Source: Fistulifera solaris (Eukaryota). Taken from it: 64,000 bases of DNA. This document shows, piece by piece, positions 11,802 through 24,097 of the stretch. Under the pieces are notes generated by a model. It searched no databases. It worked only from the letters and a program-made list of their open reading frames with translations, and was not told the DNA's origin. The stretch covers positions 682,001 through 746,000 of the forward strand of contig AP026143.1 in the NCBI GenBank assembly GCA_030295235.1. Direction: 5' to 3'. Position numbers and translations under genes: made by a program. Within the stretch, counting starts at the first letter, position 1; each line of letters opens with the position of its first letter.

Positions 11802-12399
11802 ATAATGACCACAACAATTTTGTTTTGTGACTTTGGTCGCTTACGATCTTGGCGGTCTGCAAATGACGACAACTTTGTGTGGAAGCAGCGTTTCTGAAGT
11901 TCATTCGCTGCCTTGGTTCACCATTGCAAGGTACAATAATTGTAAAAATGGTCAGCCACCAGTCGGTTGTTGAAGCCATTAAATTGATAACTAATCTCTT
12001 TTCGGTTCTCGGTTACAATGCGAAAGCTCGGCTCGTTCTTGTATCATAAAGCAAGGAGAAGCCAACTTAATGACGGGCTTAAGGCAATCCATGTAGTAAC
12101 CGAACGATGTTCCAAAGCATTCATTAGACGCTTGATGCCTATTTGAAATCAGAAATAAAATGAATTTACTTTGTTTGGATAGCAGATGATAATTTGGGTG
12201 GTTGCGCTACCAGTAAAATAGGCGTTTAGGTAAAAAAGACTCGAGACTAAAGCGTCGTTTCTAAGATTGCTAAATCTAGAGTTATCGTCATCATAATAAA
12301 AACTGCATACATTCGATTCATACTTAGGACCACAATTACTAAAAAAAATAGAAATTCAGCTACTCCGTATTAGTTTTCCAAGCTTACCACGAAGCGTTT

Positions 12400-13070
12400 T
12401 TCGCTGCACGACATGGCTGGATATTAGCTCACCGTTTCAATTTTGTAGGTGATTAAGCGTCATGATGTTCATCTAACTTTGTAAATTAAACCAATTCGCA
12501 CAAAGAGTCAACGTGATTTGACAATCAAAGAGCCGAGCGCTGTAGATCACGCGATGCGTTTTCCGTCAGGGCAGTCACCACCAGCAACGTTCGATCAGAT
12601 GACGAATGTACCACAAGGTCTGCCGAGCCATGGTAAGCCTATTCAAGGAATAGAGATCATCACTTAAGGGCCCATTTGAGTAGACGCGGCCTCGACCATC
12701 CATCACAAACGTGTTTCTATTGTCAGAAAGAAACTGTTGGGGATTGCAATACTCGGGTCCAAATCCTTGACCGTACAAACAAATTATCAAGAACTGAAGT
12801 CCCTTGTAATCCTTTAGACCTTCAAGACTTCTGCCGACGTGCCTGTCCCAGTTCATATAGCTATGAGTACCGTTGTCGCCCAGCTCGAGAACCTTCAAGT
12901 CAGGGTTGGCAGACGTGGCTCGGATAATTTCTTCGATGACAAAATCCGGTATTTGCATATCGCCTTGGTAAAATTTTACTCAAAGTTCCTCAAAATGGCC
13001 AAGTTCGGCTACGCGCCGCCAGAAGGAAACTATAGCCGCAATGGGAAACTCGCCAAAGCATATTATTTTT
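12400..13070 (-). pseudogene. Degraded remnant of a diatom-expanded LRR-like hypothetical family (related to 31525-32861)
   Basis: Fragment IPDFVIEEIIRATSANPDLKVLEL...LYSLNR, broken by stops and frameshifts on both sides. Similar in style to VAQELVRILRTNAHLRVLQF at 32.4 kb. Confidence 0.5.
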
Positions 13071-13344
13071 AGTAGAAGCCTTTTGGTCACAATATTTAGC
13101 GTCCAAAATCGGTTTTTAACAGTGCCCCCGACGAAGAAAGAACATAAAGTTAAAGAAGATCAACATTTGCGGAAAAAGGCAGAACAGCAAGATCATTCGT
13201 GAGGAGTGAACTACTAAATGATCTGTCGTGTCGACTCAATACAGTCGATGTAGAATGTCGTCATCGACCGTCTCCAAAAATGACAACGTGCCAAATGATG
13301 AATTGAAGTCTCTCTAGCGCATACGCGCCGCCCCCATGCGGTAA

Positions 13345-14402
13345 CTACCGTCTCGTCCAGTCGTAAGATTTCCACTCTTCCATAAACTGTTGTGCGTATT
13401 CACGTTCTTTGTTGTCTTTTCCTCGAAAGCGTATAGGATCCATCTCCAACATTCCCGCTAACGTGTCAACCGCAAAGTCTTTCGGAAACCGTTCTTCCAC
13501 AATCTGTGCCATACTTGCACGCTTCCCGTATTCCAGATAGAAATACGGCATTTGCGCTGGAACGCTTCGGCGCAATCCTTTTGACTCGTATCGATACATT
13601 TCGTGTGCGTGCCCGACAATTCCGATGCTTGTTCTGCCAAGGCATTCCGAAAGAAAAGTGGTACATCGGACGCTACCTTGGATGGAATCACGGCCACCTC
13701 GAGCCGCGTTTGATGAAATTGTTGTGATGGAGGTACAAACTCGTAGCACACAATGCTCTTTTTCTTTGCGCTGTACATGTCACGAAGACTGGTTTGAAAC
13801 CGCTCGATCTCCTCCCAGACCTGATCATCGGCTGCTGCTAGCGACGAAACATGCTGAATCGGGACAAGATAGAAGTGCTCTCCAGGATAAAGTGACAGCT
13901 TGGATGGCGCCAACACCAGAGTAACGTGATTTCCGGACACGAGAAGACGATGACGATCAAAAGTAGGCGCCTCTAACCACCACCAGCACTTGGAAGTAAG
14001 TGATTGAATGCGGTCGTATCTTGCGGTTTGTCTGTGCTGTTTGGAGGATTCCTTTCCTTCTTTGAGAAGCGACTGCATTTGATCAAAGGCTTCGTCATCA
14101 TCGCCCGATGTATCTTGCAGTTTACGCTTGCGTTTCGTGTTGCGTAAAATATTACGAGCCTCCAAATCGGATTGAGACATTCCCGTGTCATCTTTATCTA
14201 ATAGTGCGGCGAAACCGGAGAGTTTGGTAGGAAGACTCGAAGAAACAGCAACACGTGATGGTTCGATCGATTTTCCGCTCTCTAAAATGAGTCGAAGCTC
14301 TTCTGCCGCCGATACATTTCGATCCTTGTCTGATGCTGCAGCTGGTACGCCCGCATTATCAGGCTTTCGTTTGGCTTTTCCTGTTTTGATACCTGAGAGC
14401 AT
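13345..14402 (-). CDS. CWF19L2: CWF19-like protein 2 (CwfJ C-terminal domains), splicing factor; frameshift near 13580
   Basis: HFYLVPIQHVSS, VWEEIERFQTSL, PLFFRNAL, then in the other frame KGLRRSVPAQMPYFY...FMEEWKSYDWT. Confidence 0.8.
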
Positions 14403-15618
14403 TTTGGTGCAGTGTGCTTATAATGAAACCTTTCCAATGCGAATGCCTGCGTGTTGCGTACAACAAGTAAAAGTGTCAATGTTATTTTCGTCGGTGACAA
14501 GACAAACCATCACGGACGATGGAAGGACGGGGAAGCGAAATTCAATGCAATGTGATGGCGTCAATCTCTAAAAACTCCAAAAATGCTGGTCGGAAATCGG
14601 AACGCGGAACACGGGCGACCATAGAAATTAGAGAACTAATTTTTTCGCAAAGTCGTGTTTGAGGTTGAGGCTCATAAAAATCCAAGAAAGTCCTCTTCTG
14701 CGGTCTGTACGTCTGTGTCAAGTCGTACTTCCTACGTCAGATTAATAAGCTCAAAATGTCTCCATTCCTTATCCCTAATGTCTTTCCTGTAGTATCAAGC
14801 TGAAGCCTACAATTTCAATTCATACTTTCCCCAATTTGTCCGACTGAAAGGCATAAAGCCCTGACAATAAGATGTCAATTGTCGATCCATAATACAGTAT
14901 CATAATGACCGATAACAGTCATCCGGTCATTGTGTCAAACTCCGTGACTACTGCGTTTTTTCTATCGGCAGTTAGCAACGCCGAAAATGACCGTCCTGTG
15001 AAGCGTTCTTCGTTCTCAAAGTCTTTTTGAATCACAGAGGGCGACGGACGAGCTTTCGACAATCGACAACGTCCCTTGGTGCGAGCCAGCCGGACTTGCA
15101 CCAAGAATACTTAGACCAAAGGTGAGATGCAGACGAGCCAGATGGACAAATATTTATGCGGCGAACTTGACCATTCAGTACCATTTAACTGTAGAAGAAA
15201 TTTCCTCGTCTATGTAGAGGACAAAAATGTCCGACGTGAATTGGCAAATCGCAGAAATATTTAAAGAGCCTTTGCTAATTGGCGAAAATGCACCCTCGGA
15301 TAGTACCTTCTCCTTCGAAACGTAGATACGTGTGGCCTTCCATCCAACGGATGTTTATGCTCAAGCCCACTGCATCTAAAAAAGTATCAACGATAGAGGA
15401 GCGGCGAGCGGCAGTTTGAATCGACAAAGCTCTCTCTTGGGTCCACATCATCAACGCATTGCACCCGTTCGCATTTCATCTCTATCGACTTCTGTGCATC
15501 AGCTTTGCCTTTTTATAAAACAGCGTCTTACGCTTCACTCAAAGTCAGCTTACGATCGATCCCTCTCGTTTTATAGTCGAAGGAGCCGTATTGTGGTTCG
15601 TTCAGCAACACACAAAGT

Positions 15619-16593
15619 ATGAGGCTATTGGGATACGGGCAACGAACCACAACGGAAGACCTAAAGAGTCGATTTCCGAAAGCAACAGAGTCAGAATGCC
15701 GACGGTTTCACAAAGCTTGTCCTCGTGACGCGGCGGATAAACTCAGTGCTTATCTTGAATGGCGTGAAAAGCATCAGTTGGACTGCTCGCAACACTCCGA
15801 GGACCTTAAAACAGCGGCAAAGCCAGCCTTGGATGATGGCTGGTGCGATGCCGTTAGAAAAGCTATACACGATGTAGACGGATCACAAGCTTCGTCAGAC
15901 AGCTCTTCCTCTACAGGCTCGGGCGTTTCGCCCTGTGATGCGTCTTTTCTGGAGGACTCTCCTACCGAAATAGCCGAGTCAACGCAAGTGTATTTGTTTC
16001 ATGAGAACCAACGCAGCGGCGAAAGCGACACAAGCAGTGACCCCGGCCCGGAATCGCCAGAGTTCGGCCTTACTATTCCTAGACAATGTATACATATTCC
16101 CAGATTCGCCGATGGACGAAACATTCGTGATCTGGATGGTCATAGGATTGTTATGCACTATCCTGGCCGTCTGGAAGTTCACAAAATGTCGAATGACTTT
16201 TATGCCGATGCCATGGCTCTCTTTATTGAGAGTAACCTCGATCGCAACAATGAAGAAAAAGTTACTTTATGTGTAGATGTGCGGCCGGGCCGAGGCTGGC
16301 CTAACCCTTCCGTATACCATTTACTGGGCTTAATTCGACAGGTGGCCAACGCATTACATGATCTCAATCCACAACGATTGCATCACTGTATTCTTTATCC
16401 CATCCCTCGTGCCGCCTTTTACATGTGGAAGATGATTCAAAATTTTCTTGATCCCTCACTGCGAGAGCTCATGGTCCTTATTCCAGGTTCAAGTCTAACC
16501 GCCCCACTGCCGGCCAGGGCGATGTATAAATACATGGACGAAGAGGCATTAGCGTGTCTCGAAAGATACCGGGACAGACTTCAAGATAAGTAA
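15619..16593 (+). CDS. CRAL-TRIO/Sec14-like lipid-binding protein
   Basis: N-terminal ECRRF..AADKLSAYLEWR; C-terminal NPQRLHHCILYPIPRAAFYMWKMIQNFLDPSLRE. Confidence 0.7.
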   Translation: MRLLGYGQRTTTEDLKSRFPKATESECRRFHKACPRDAADKLSAYLEWREKHQLDCSQHSEDLKTAAKPALDDGWCDAVRKAIHDVDGSQASSDSSSSTGSGVSPCDASFLEDSPTEIAESTQVYLFHENQRSGESDTSSDPGPESPEFGLTIPRQCIHIPRFADGRNIRDLDGHRIVMHYPGRLEVHKMSNDFYADAMALFIESNLDRNNEEKVTLCVDVRPGRGWPNPSVYHLLGLIRQVANALHDLNPQRLHHCILYPIPRAAFYMWKMIQNFLDPSLRELMVLIPGSSLTAPLPARAMYKYMDEEALACLERYRDRLQDK

Positions 16594-17130
16594 CGTAACA
16601 AAGGTTACATCTTATTGACCAAGTAAAGAAGACCATCTCTCGCTGCAGCTACCTGGAGAAATCCAGCATTCATACCAATAGTTTACTTTCTCTTATTGAA
16701 TCGAACAAGTCTACTAGCATTACTTTCGTAGCTCTTATTCAAGTCGACTAGAAATCAAGTCGCTAGCGATCAGCGATTAAAAGGTAGGAGTCATAGTCAT
16801 AGCTGTGTGACAACTGCAGAATGTTGATGCTGTCCCTATAAATTCCAAAAAAATGAGTGTGCTATTTGCGACACACATGTAGAAACGCCAGCCGACCGAG
16901 ACATGAACTACAAGTCTCGAAAAATCAACAACAAAATGACTAGACTAAAATACCTCTTTAAAGCACTTTCAATGTGCATGATAAGTTAGGTCGTTTTTAC
17001 GAGGCGCTCGCGACGAAAGCATGTGATAGAATGGCACATGCACTGCTTCAAGAAAAGGCTGACTTCAAATTAAAATCGATGTGCATCATAAGGTCATCAT
17101 ATCTTACCTGCCGTCCTCGTTGCAGCCCAT

Positions 17131-18186
17131 CTAACGAACTAGTTCAAACACTGCTTTCCCATCATAGGGATGGACTTTCACAAGGCTCCCTGAGTGCGGC
17201 CGTAGGTGCGCATTTTCAATCCAGGATCGAATCTCGCGAGCGATATCGGCAGGTTTCGTCCACTCATCAAAGTTCGCCTTGGGGTTGTTTGTTCGGTTCA
17301 TTGGAGTGTCAATGGTAGTAGGAAGGATACCTACTACAGAGAGTTCGTCTAGAGCTGGTAACTGTCGACGCACGGATCGTCCTGCTTTTCGAATGGACTT
17401 GTTATCCAAGCTTTTCCCTGTAGAGGCACCCAGCGTTCGAACAAGATGATGCGTCGCCGCTTTCGCTAGTCCGTAGCCTAACATTCCTGGAGTTGGAGAA
17501 AGGGCTGCTGTAGCCCCTATAGCGACCATGAGACTTCCGGGATTGAGATAGTGTTGAGCAGCGAAAGCGGCTGCTACACACGGATACAAATTCATATGCA
17601 TCATAGACTCGACGACAGATGCATATTCTAATGCACTTTTCTCCATTTCGTGCTGCCACTCGTCTGCGTCTGCAACATCCAAACTGTTCCTCATGGACGG
17701 CTGTTGAGAAGGCGGCGAAGGATCGCCTTGCCAACCGCCGTTCGCGCAAATAATAGCATCTAGTCCACCTTGCTTCTCACTTTCTAATGCTAAATGTATT
17801 CCCCGGGCCAAGTCCTTTGTCAATCGCTTTAAATCTCCATTCGGTTGTAGTGTAATAAATCCATTGAGTTCGTAACCAAAATCTGAAGGAAGCTCCAAAA
17901 CATCGGCTCCAATGACACTGATTCCGCGCTGCAGCAAATGACTAGCCACAGAAGACCCCAGTGCACCAGACGATCCCAAAACCAATACAGTTCGCGGCAA
18001 ATCATCGTCGTCGTCCTCTTCCAGAGTGCTGAAATACTGAGACGATGGATATGGCGAACACGGTGATAAAATTCTTGTCTTTTGGGCCTTTCGATACATA
18101 CGCAAAGTAGAATCATGAATAACTCTTCGCGTGGTAGCAATGTGATTCAGCGTGGATCGGGAGGATCGAATAGTGCGAATGATCAT
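17131..18186 (-). CDS. QDPR: Dihydropteridine reductase (SDR family) with an Arg/Ser-rich, mitochondrial-like presequence
   Basis: VLVLGSSGALG, ICANGGWQG, GATAALSPTPGMLGYGLAKAATHHL, ILPTTIDTPMNR, FDEWT. Confidence 0.88.
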   Translation of the reverse strand: MIIRTIRSSRSTLNHIATTRRVIHDSTLRMYRKAQKTRILSPCSPYPSSQYFSTLEEDDDDDLPRTVLVLGSSGALGSSVASHLLQRGISVIGADVLELPSDFGYELNGFITLQPNGDLKRLTKDLARGIHLALESEKQGGLDAIICANGGWQGDPSPPSQQPSMRNSLDVADADEWQHEMEKSALEYASVVESMMHMNLYPCVAAAFAAQHYLNPGSLMVAIGATAALSPTPGMLGYGLAKAATHHLVRTLGASTGKSLDNKSIRKAGRSVRRQLPALDELSVVGILPTTIDTPMNRTNNPKANFDEWTKPADIAREIRSWIENAHLRPHSGSLVKVHPYDGKAVFELVR

Positions 18187-18432
18187 TTCACTGGATGTAT
18201 CTTAAGCAGAAGCGATCCCAGCAAAGATGTCTTTTTTCAATCTCGCTCGCAGCGTTCTTAATCGCAAGAAGTATTTCGCAATCAAATACAGTGTTTCGTT
18301 GAATAACCAAGACTACGCTTGAAGAGCTCTGAAGCTAGAGCAGTAAGATCTTTGTCGATGAGTGAAAGCAATCAAAAGAATCGAATGCGAATGCAAAAGG
18401 TGCAGAACGACGAAGATTTTTTTCTGCGGCTC

Positions 18433-18920
18433 CATGAGTAAATGGTAAACCCTGGGGTGAAGATAAGTCTGTCCTCGCCCGTCGCCAGTGACCCCTGTTT
18501 TTCAACGTTTGACCGTCGTCAGACCCTTTCGCGCTGCTCAAAAAAATTGCAGCGAAATTTTCACCGCGTAGCATCGCGTCACAGTGCTGATCTTAGTTTG
18601 TCTACCTTAAAATGAAAGTATGGTCCGACTCTTGGCCGTGGAACTAAATTTCTTTATTATTTATAAAAAGACAGATTTGTGATGTCGGCCAAGACTCGGA
18701 CCATACTTTGAAAAATGATGTTGACATGCAAAGTTCGATCATTTTGTCGTGATAATTACACGGTGAATATTTTTCACAGCCCGATTTTCGACCAATGTCG
18801 CACCTGACAAAAATCAAAATGGGGGACACCAAGACCGACATGCGCACAAACGCGGTCTATCACGTAAATAACGGTTGAGAACAGACTTATTTTCACCCCA
18901 GGGTTTACCATTTACTCATG
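18433..18920. mobile_element. MITE with ~40 bp TIRs starting CATGAG (P-superfamily-like) and an internal 24 bp inverted repeat
   Basis: TIR CATGAGTAAATGGTAAACCCTGGGGTGAARATAAGTCTGT at both ends. Flanks GCGGCTC (18426-18432) and GCGACTC (18921-18927) form a 7 bp TSD with 1 mismatch. Inner IR 18615-18638 and 18686-18709 matches 23/24. Confidence 0.85.
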
Positions 18921-19421
18921 GCGACTCGACGCTCCACATCAGTACCATCACCGACGCATAACAGACAAGAATGGTTTTGGTCTTTGGTCGTCATATCTAC
19001 AAAAGGTGCTTCTGTCGTACTAGTATCGCATTATAGAAAGTTGTGTAGCCTTGTACATTTCTTTATATACAACCAGTTTTTCGAAAATCGGTATTCTTGT
19101 TCAGAGACAGTAGCTAAGTTGATGAGGTTCCTACCGACGACTAGCTGTTGCTGATTGCAAACAAGACAAGTGTTACTGTCGCTCGAAAGAGTTGTACGAA
19201 TATTTGACACCCCTCGTGGGCCCCACTGCTTTTGCAGTTCCTAGTTGATGCTGTCGTTGGCAAAAGAAGTGTTCTTGTTGGCGATGGCGACATTCAGTCC
19301 AGCCATGGTGCGCGCGCGAGGCTCTTGATTGTGTTCAGCAAAACATAAGTCTAGACGTGAAAACCAGGTCGCTATTGCACGCGTTATTAAAAAAACTTAG
19401 TCATGTGATGTCATGTCTATT

Positions 19422-20379
19422 CTACAGTTTACACTTTCCAGTTGCCCATCGCTCGTAGTTAAAACGCAATTTTACAACTTCTCCAAACATTTTCCCACAA
19501 ACGACAAGTACTCCACCAGGGGGACGACACGAGCTTCGACCCGTCTTTGTCCTCCCACAACACGGATACCTCTCGCACGCGAACGCCTCGTTGATTCGCT
19601 CGATAAAGCACTTCGACATCATGACTCCATCCAGGTAAGTGCAGGTTCGTGTACAATAACTGTGCTGCCGGTAAGGTCATGAGCTTGAAGCCACATTGGG
19701 TATCTTGAACGTTCAAATCGCCACAGACAGATCGCACTACCGAGCGAAATCCCAATCGGAAAAATAGCCGAAGTGCCGAAGGGGAATCGTGAGGTACGAA
19801 AACCATTAACAAGGAGAGGTTGATTGTAATCATTTCCATCTATTGTTGAGTTACTCGCCAATTCTTTTCCATGACGCGAAAAAATGCCTCTAAATCATCA
19901 ATTCTAGCACTTCCATCCGCATCTGCTGTCAGTATTATTCTCGGATTCGCCGGTTCCTCTTTGTGTTGTTGTCGAAGTGTGTGTTGTATGCCGTACGCCA
20001 GTGCCGCACCTTTTCCTTGGTTGGTTGGCAAGGAAACACAAACCGTGGGAATCTTCGTCGTTAGCGCATTCACGACACGAGCCGTATTATCCGACGACCC
20101 GTCGTCTACCACTAGGATCGATGTGCGATCCTGCCATCGCGATGAATTTGACAAATAGCGCGCGTACGATTCCAGTGTTTCTGTTATTCGAAATTCTTCA
20201 TTGTAGGCCGGAATCAAAACGGTCAGTGAAGGTACATTTTCGGACGCCGAGTTCGACCGTGTCGTTAAATACCATCGCGTACGGCTACTGCGTTTTTTTC
20301 TTGACAGAGTTCGTACAGTCCAGCTCTCTGCCGTTTGATGAAACAAAATTACAAAAGCTAGAACGAAGATTCGCATCAT
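19422..20379 (-). CDS. ALG5-like dolichyl-phosphate beta-glucosyltransferase (GT2); several frameshifts
   Basis: LTVLIPAYNEEFRI, VVDDGSSDNT, NQGKGAA, TADADG, DTQCGFKL, WSHDVE, WEDKDGSKL. Frame breaks near 19865, 19795 and 19520. Confidence 0.82.
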
Positions 20380-20484
20380 CGCTATAAGGTATCATTATTT
20401 GTATCTTCTCGAGAGAACGACTGTACGAATGTGGAAGGCGCCGATTGCTTTTGCGTCTTTTGCGTCCCAATAAATTTTGAGTTC

Positions 20485-22017
20485 TTCCAGAAATTCTGGA
20501 AACAGTGTTGATTATCTGGCCTGAGTAGAATCAGACAGAAAATCTGTGGTAGCCTTTCCAGAAAATCTGGAATCGGTGTTTGCATTCATACAAAAATTCT
20601 GTGGTCGATTAAGACTGCTAAAATCGGTGTTTGCGATCCTACGGATATTCAATGGTCGGTCCACAAATTATTGTATCGATGTTTGCGATCGTACAGTGAT
20701 TCTGTGGTTGGTCCAGAAATTCTGGACCAGTGGTGTGTCAGACAGAAAATCTGTGGTCGCCGTTCCAGAAAATCTGGAATCTCGTGTTTGCATTCATACA
20801 AAAATTCTGTGGTCGCTCTTGACTGCTGGAATCGGTGTTTGCGATCCTACGGACATTCAATGGTCGGTCCACAAATTATTGTATCGATGTTTGCGATCGT
20901 ACAGTGATTCTGTGGGTTGGTCCAGAAATTCTGGACCAGTGGTGCGTCAGACAGAAAATCTGTGGTCGCCGTTCCAGAAATTCTGGAATCTCGTGTTTGT
21001 ATTCATACAAAACTTCTGTGGTCGATTACGACTGCTAAAATCGGTGTTTGCGACCCTACGGACATTCAATGGTCGGTCCACAAATTATTGTAACGATGTT
21101 TGCGATCGTACAGTGATTCTGTGGTTGGTCCAGAGATTCTGGACCAGTGGTGCGTCAGACAGAAAATCTGTGGTCGCCGTTCCAGAAATTCTGGAATTGA
21201 TGTTTGCATTCATACAAAATTCTGTGGTTGCTCTTGACTGCTAAAATCGGTGTTTGCGATCCTACGGACATTCAATGGTCGGTCCACAAATTATTGTATC
21301 GATGTTTGCGAGCATACAGTGATTCTGTGGGTTGGTCCAGAAATTCTGGACCAGTGGTGTGTCAGACAGAAAATCTGTGGTCGCCGTTCCAGAAATTCTG
21401 GAATTGATGTTTGCATTCATACAAAATTCTGTGGTTGCTCTTGACTGCTAAAATTGGTGTTTGCGATCCTACGGACATTCAATGGTCGGTCCACAAATTA
21501 TTGTATCGATGTTTGCGATCGTACAGTGATTCTGTGGTTGGTCCAGAAATTCTGGACCAGTGGTGTGTCAGACAGAAAATCTGTGGTCGCCGTTCCAGAA
21601 ATTCTGGAATCGGTGTTTGCATTCATACAAAACTTCTGTGGTCGATTAAGACTGCTAAAATCGGTGTTTGCGATCCTACGGATATTCAATGGTCGGTCCA
21701 CAAATTATTGTATCGATGTTTGCGATCGTACAGTGATTCTGTGGTTGGTCCAGAAATTCTGGACCAGTGGTGTGTCAGACAGAAAATCTGTGGTCGCCGT
21801 TCCAGAAAATCTGGAATCTCGTGTTTGCATTCATACAAAAATTCTGTGGTCGCTCTTGACTGCTGGAATCGGTGTTTGCGATCCTACGGACATTCAATGG
21901 TCGGTCCACAAATTATTGTATCGATGTTTGCGATCGTACAGTGATTCTGTGGTTGGTCCAGAAATTCTGGACCAGTGGTGCGTCAGACAGAAAATCTGTG
22001 GACGTCGTTCCGGAAAT
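20485..22017. repeat. Tandem repeat family B, 206-209 bp unit x ~7.3, each unit made of four ~52 bp related monomers
   Basis: Marker cagacagaaaatctgtgg at 20532, 20739, 20948, 21156, 21363, 21569, 21776 and 21984. Palindromic cores GGTCCAGAAATTCTGGACC and TTCCAGAAATTCTGGAA. Confidence 0.97.
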
Positions 22018-22169
22018 GGAAATACGGACAACACTTTGACACGATAGTAAAAATTAGAAGCAAACAATGCATCGACGCGATGATCGATGTAAATGCGGCG
22101 CATAGAGTCTTTCAATCAACGTCAATTGAAATGATAATAGCAATATTCGCAAGTCCTCGGTTGAACTGA

Positions 22170-23707
22170 ATGAGCGAAGAAGCATTGACCGCGTCGGCCG
22201 TTTCCTTGGCGCTGTTTCTCGGCAGTTGTGTCGCCTTTACGTTTTGGAGGAGAAACGATCACAGAACAATGCTTTCCTCGAAAGAAGTGGTTCTAGCGTT
22301 GCGCAAACGTCTCTTTTCCAAGAGTTTGAGTCTATCGTACGAGAATTCGGACCCTTTGCTCATCGTCGAGGTAGATATTCGACAATTGCAAGTATCAGCA
22401 AGCAGCATGAGATTGCATCTCACCTGTCGTCACTTCATATCACGCAGGGCCGCGGATGTTATTTAATCGACGAACGCGGACACAAATACCTCGATACACG
22501 CAACAATGTGGCTCATGTCGGACATTCTCATCCTTATGTCGTCCAAGCGATTCAACGCCAAGTGGCTCTCCTCAATACCAACACGCGATATTTGCACCCG
22601 ACGATGACACGGCTAGCCAATCGACTCGTTCGTCTATTGCCAGATCCATTGGAAGTTGTCTTTTTCTGTAACTCGGGCAGTGAAGCGAATGATTTGGCGT
22701 TGCGATTGGCGCGGGCGTATGCCAAGGGCAGTGAAAATACCATTGTCATTGATCGTGCGTATCACGGTCATACGCTCGGGACGTTACAAGTGTCTCCTTA
22801 CAAATACGATCATGGCAGTGAGCATATTCAAACAAACCCATCCCACTATTACAAAGTACCGTGTCCTGACACGTATAGAGGTATACATCGGGATCCAGCC
22901 ACAGCAGGAACTATGTATGCCAAATACGTACAAGACGCGTGTCAACACTTTCAGTCGAAAGGCGAAACGGTCCGTGCGTGGATTGTGGAAGGCGGAATGA
23001 GCGTGGCGGGAGTCATATTGCCTCCCCAAGAATACCTTTCGAAGTGTGCGGAAGCGGTCCGTGCCGCCGGTGGTCTCTACATTGCCGATGAGGTACAAAC
23101 GGGGTTGGGTCGACTGGGGTCTTGCATGTGGGCGTTCCAACACAACGATTCCGGACTCATACCGGATATTGTGACATTGGGCAAACCGTTTGGAAATGGA
23201 ATGCCCTTGGCTGCCATAGTAACAACTCGGAAGGTTGTCAGTGCATTTGAGAAGTGTGGAATCGAATATTTCAATACATTTGGTGGCAACCCTGTTTGTG
23301 CGGCTGCCGGAGTCGCTGTACTGGATGTTTTGGAGAAAGAGAACCTTCAACAGAATGCATTGGAACTTGGAACGTATCTGAAACAGTAGTTCGAACTATT
23401 ACAGTCAACAATCGAGCTCATTGGAGATGTTCGCGGCTCGGGTTTATTCCTGGGAGTCGAGTTGGTCCGCGACAGGTTATCATTGGAACCAGCTACCGCA
23501 GAAGCTTCTTTCATTTGTTCGATTCTCAAATCAAAGTACCACATTCTAACAAGTATTGACGGAAAGTATGATAACGTGATTGTGATAAAGCCTCCTATGG
23601 TATTTTCGAAGAAGAACGCGGACGATCTCATCGCCTCTTTCCGGCAAGCTGTACTAGTAGATCTACCAAGTGTGGATCTCGCGCAAGCGAGTTTCACGCC
23701 TACGTAG
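22170..23707 (+). CDS. Class-III PLP aminotransferase/phospho-lyase (ETNPPL/PHYKPL, AGXT2-like); intron 22371-22447; in-frame TAG at 23387-23389
   Basis: YLDTRNNVAHVGH, NSGSEANDLALRLA, AYHGHT, IADEVQTGLGR, PDIVTLGKPFGNGMP, YFNTFGGNP. The same frame continues after the TAG with IGDVRGSGLFLGVELV...VIKPPMVF. Confidence 0.88.
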
Positions 23708-24097
23708 GGAAGTATAAAGCGTAAGGGGAACTGTTGCGCAGAACATCGTTCCAACAAGTTGTACTGGTAAACCTACCGACTGTGGATCTTACGCAGGCGA
23801 GTTTCATGCGGCAGAGCATGGCAGAGTTAGCCTAATCGACGTGGCTAACTCTTTTACTCCTTGACGACGAGTGTTGACGACGAGTGGAGATTCTTAACAC
23901 AAAAAGAATTCTGACGCATCGTTCTTGCAATCGGCAATTCGTGCGCGACTTGAAGCAGATCGAGGAATATCAAACAAGATTTCTATTTTGTAGGTCTGCG
24001 ATTTGCCAAATCCTTTAAAGTAGATACATTAACGCACAGCTGCATTTAAATTCGGCTTAGCTTCTCTTTAATTTCGAGTTCGACGCCGAAATCGGCC

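Noticed and set aside
14500..15600. Gene or element in the CWF19L2/CRAL-TRIO intergenic region
   Set aside because: Only short motif-less ORFs, and no repeat structure I could support.
9447..18186. Pterin gene cluster (MogA fusion plus QDPR)
   Set aside because: Different pterin pathways, separated by unrelated genes; likely coincidence.
20485..22017. CRISPR-like array (palindromic repeats at regular spacing)
   Set aside because: The sequences between palindromes are themselves repeated rather than unique spacers, no cas genes are present, and the context is eukaryotic.
20546..22047. Long ORFs within the family B array
   Set aside because: Frames change from unit to unit and there are no protein motifs.
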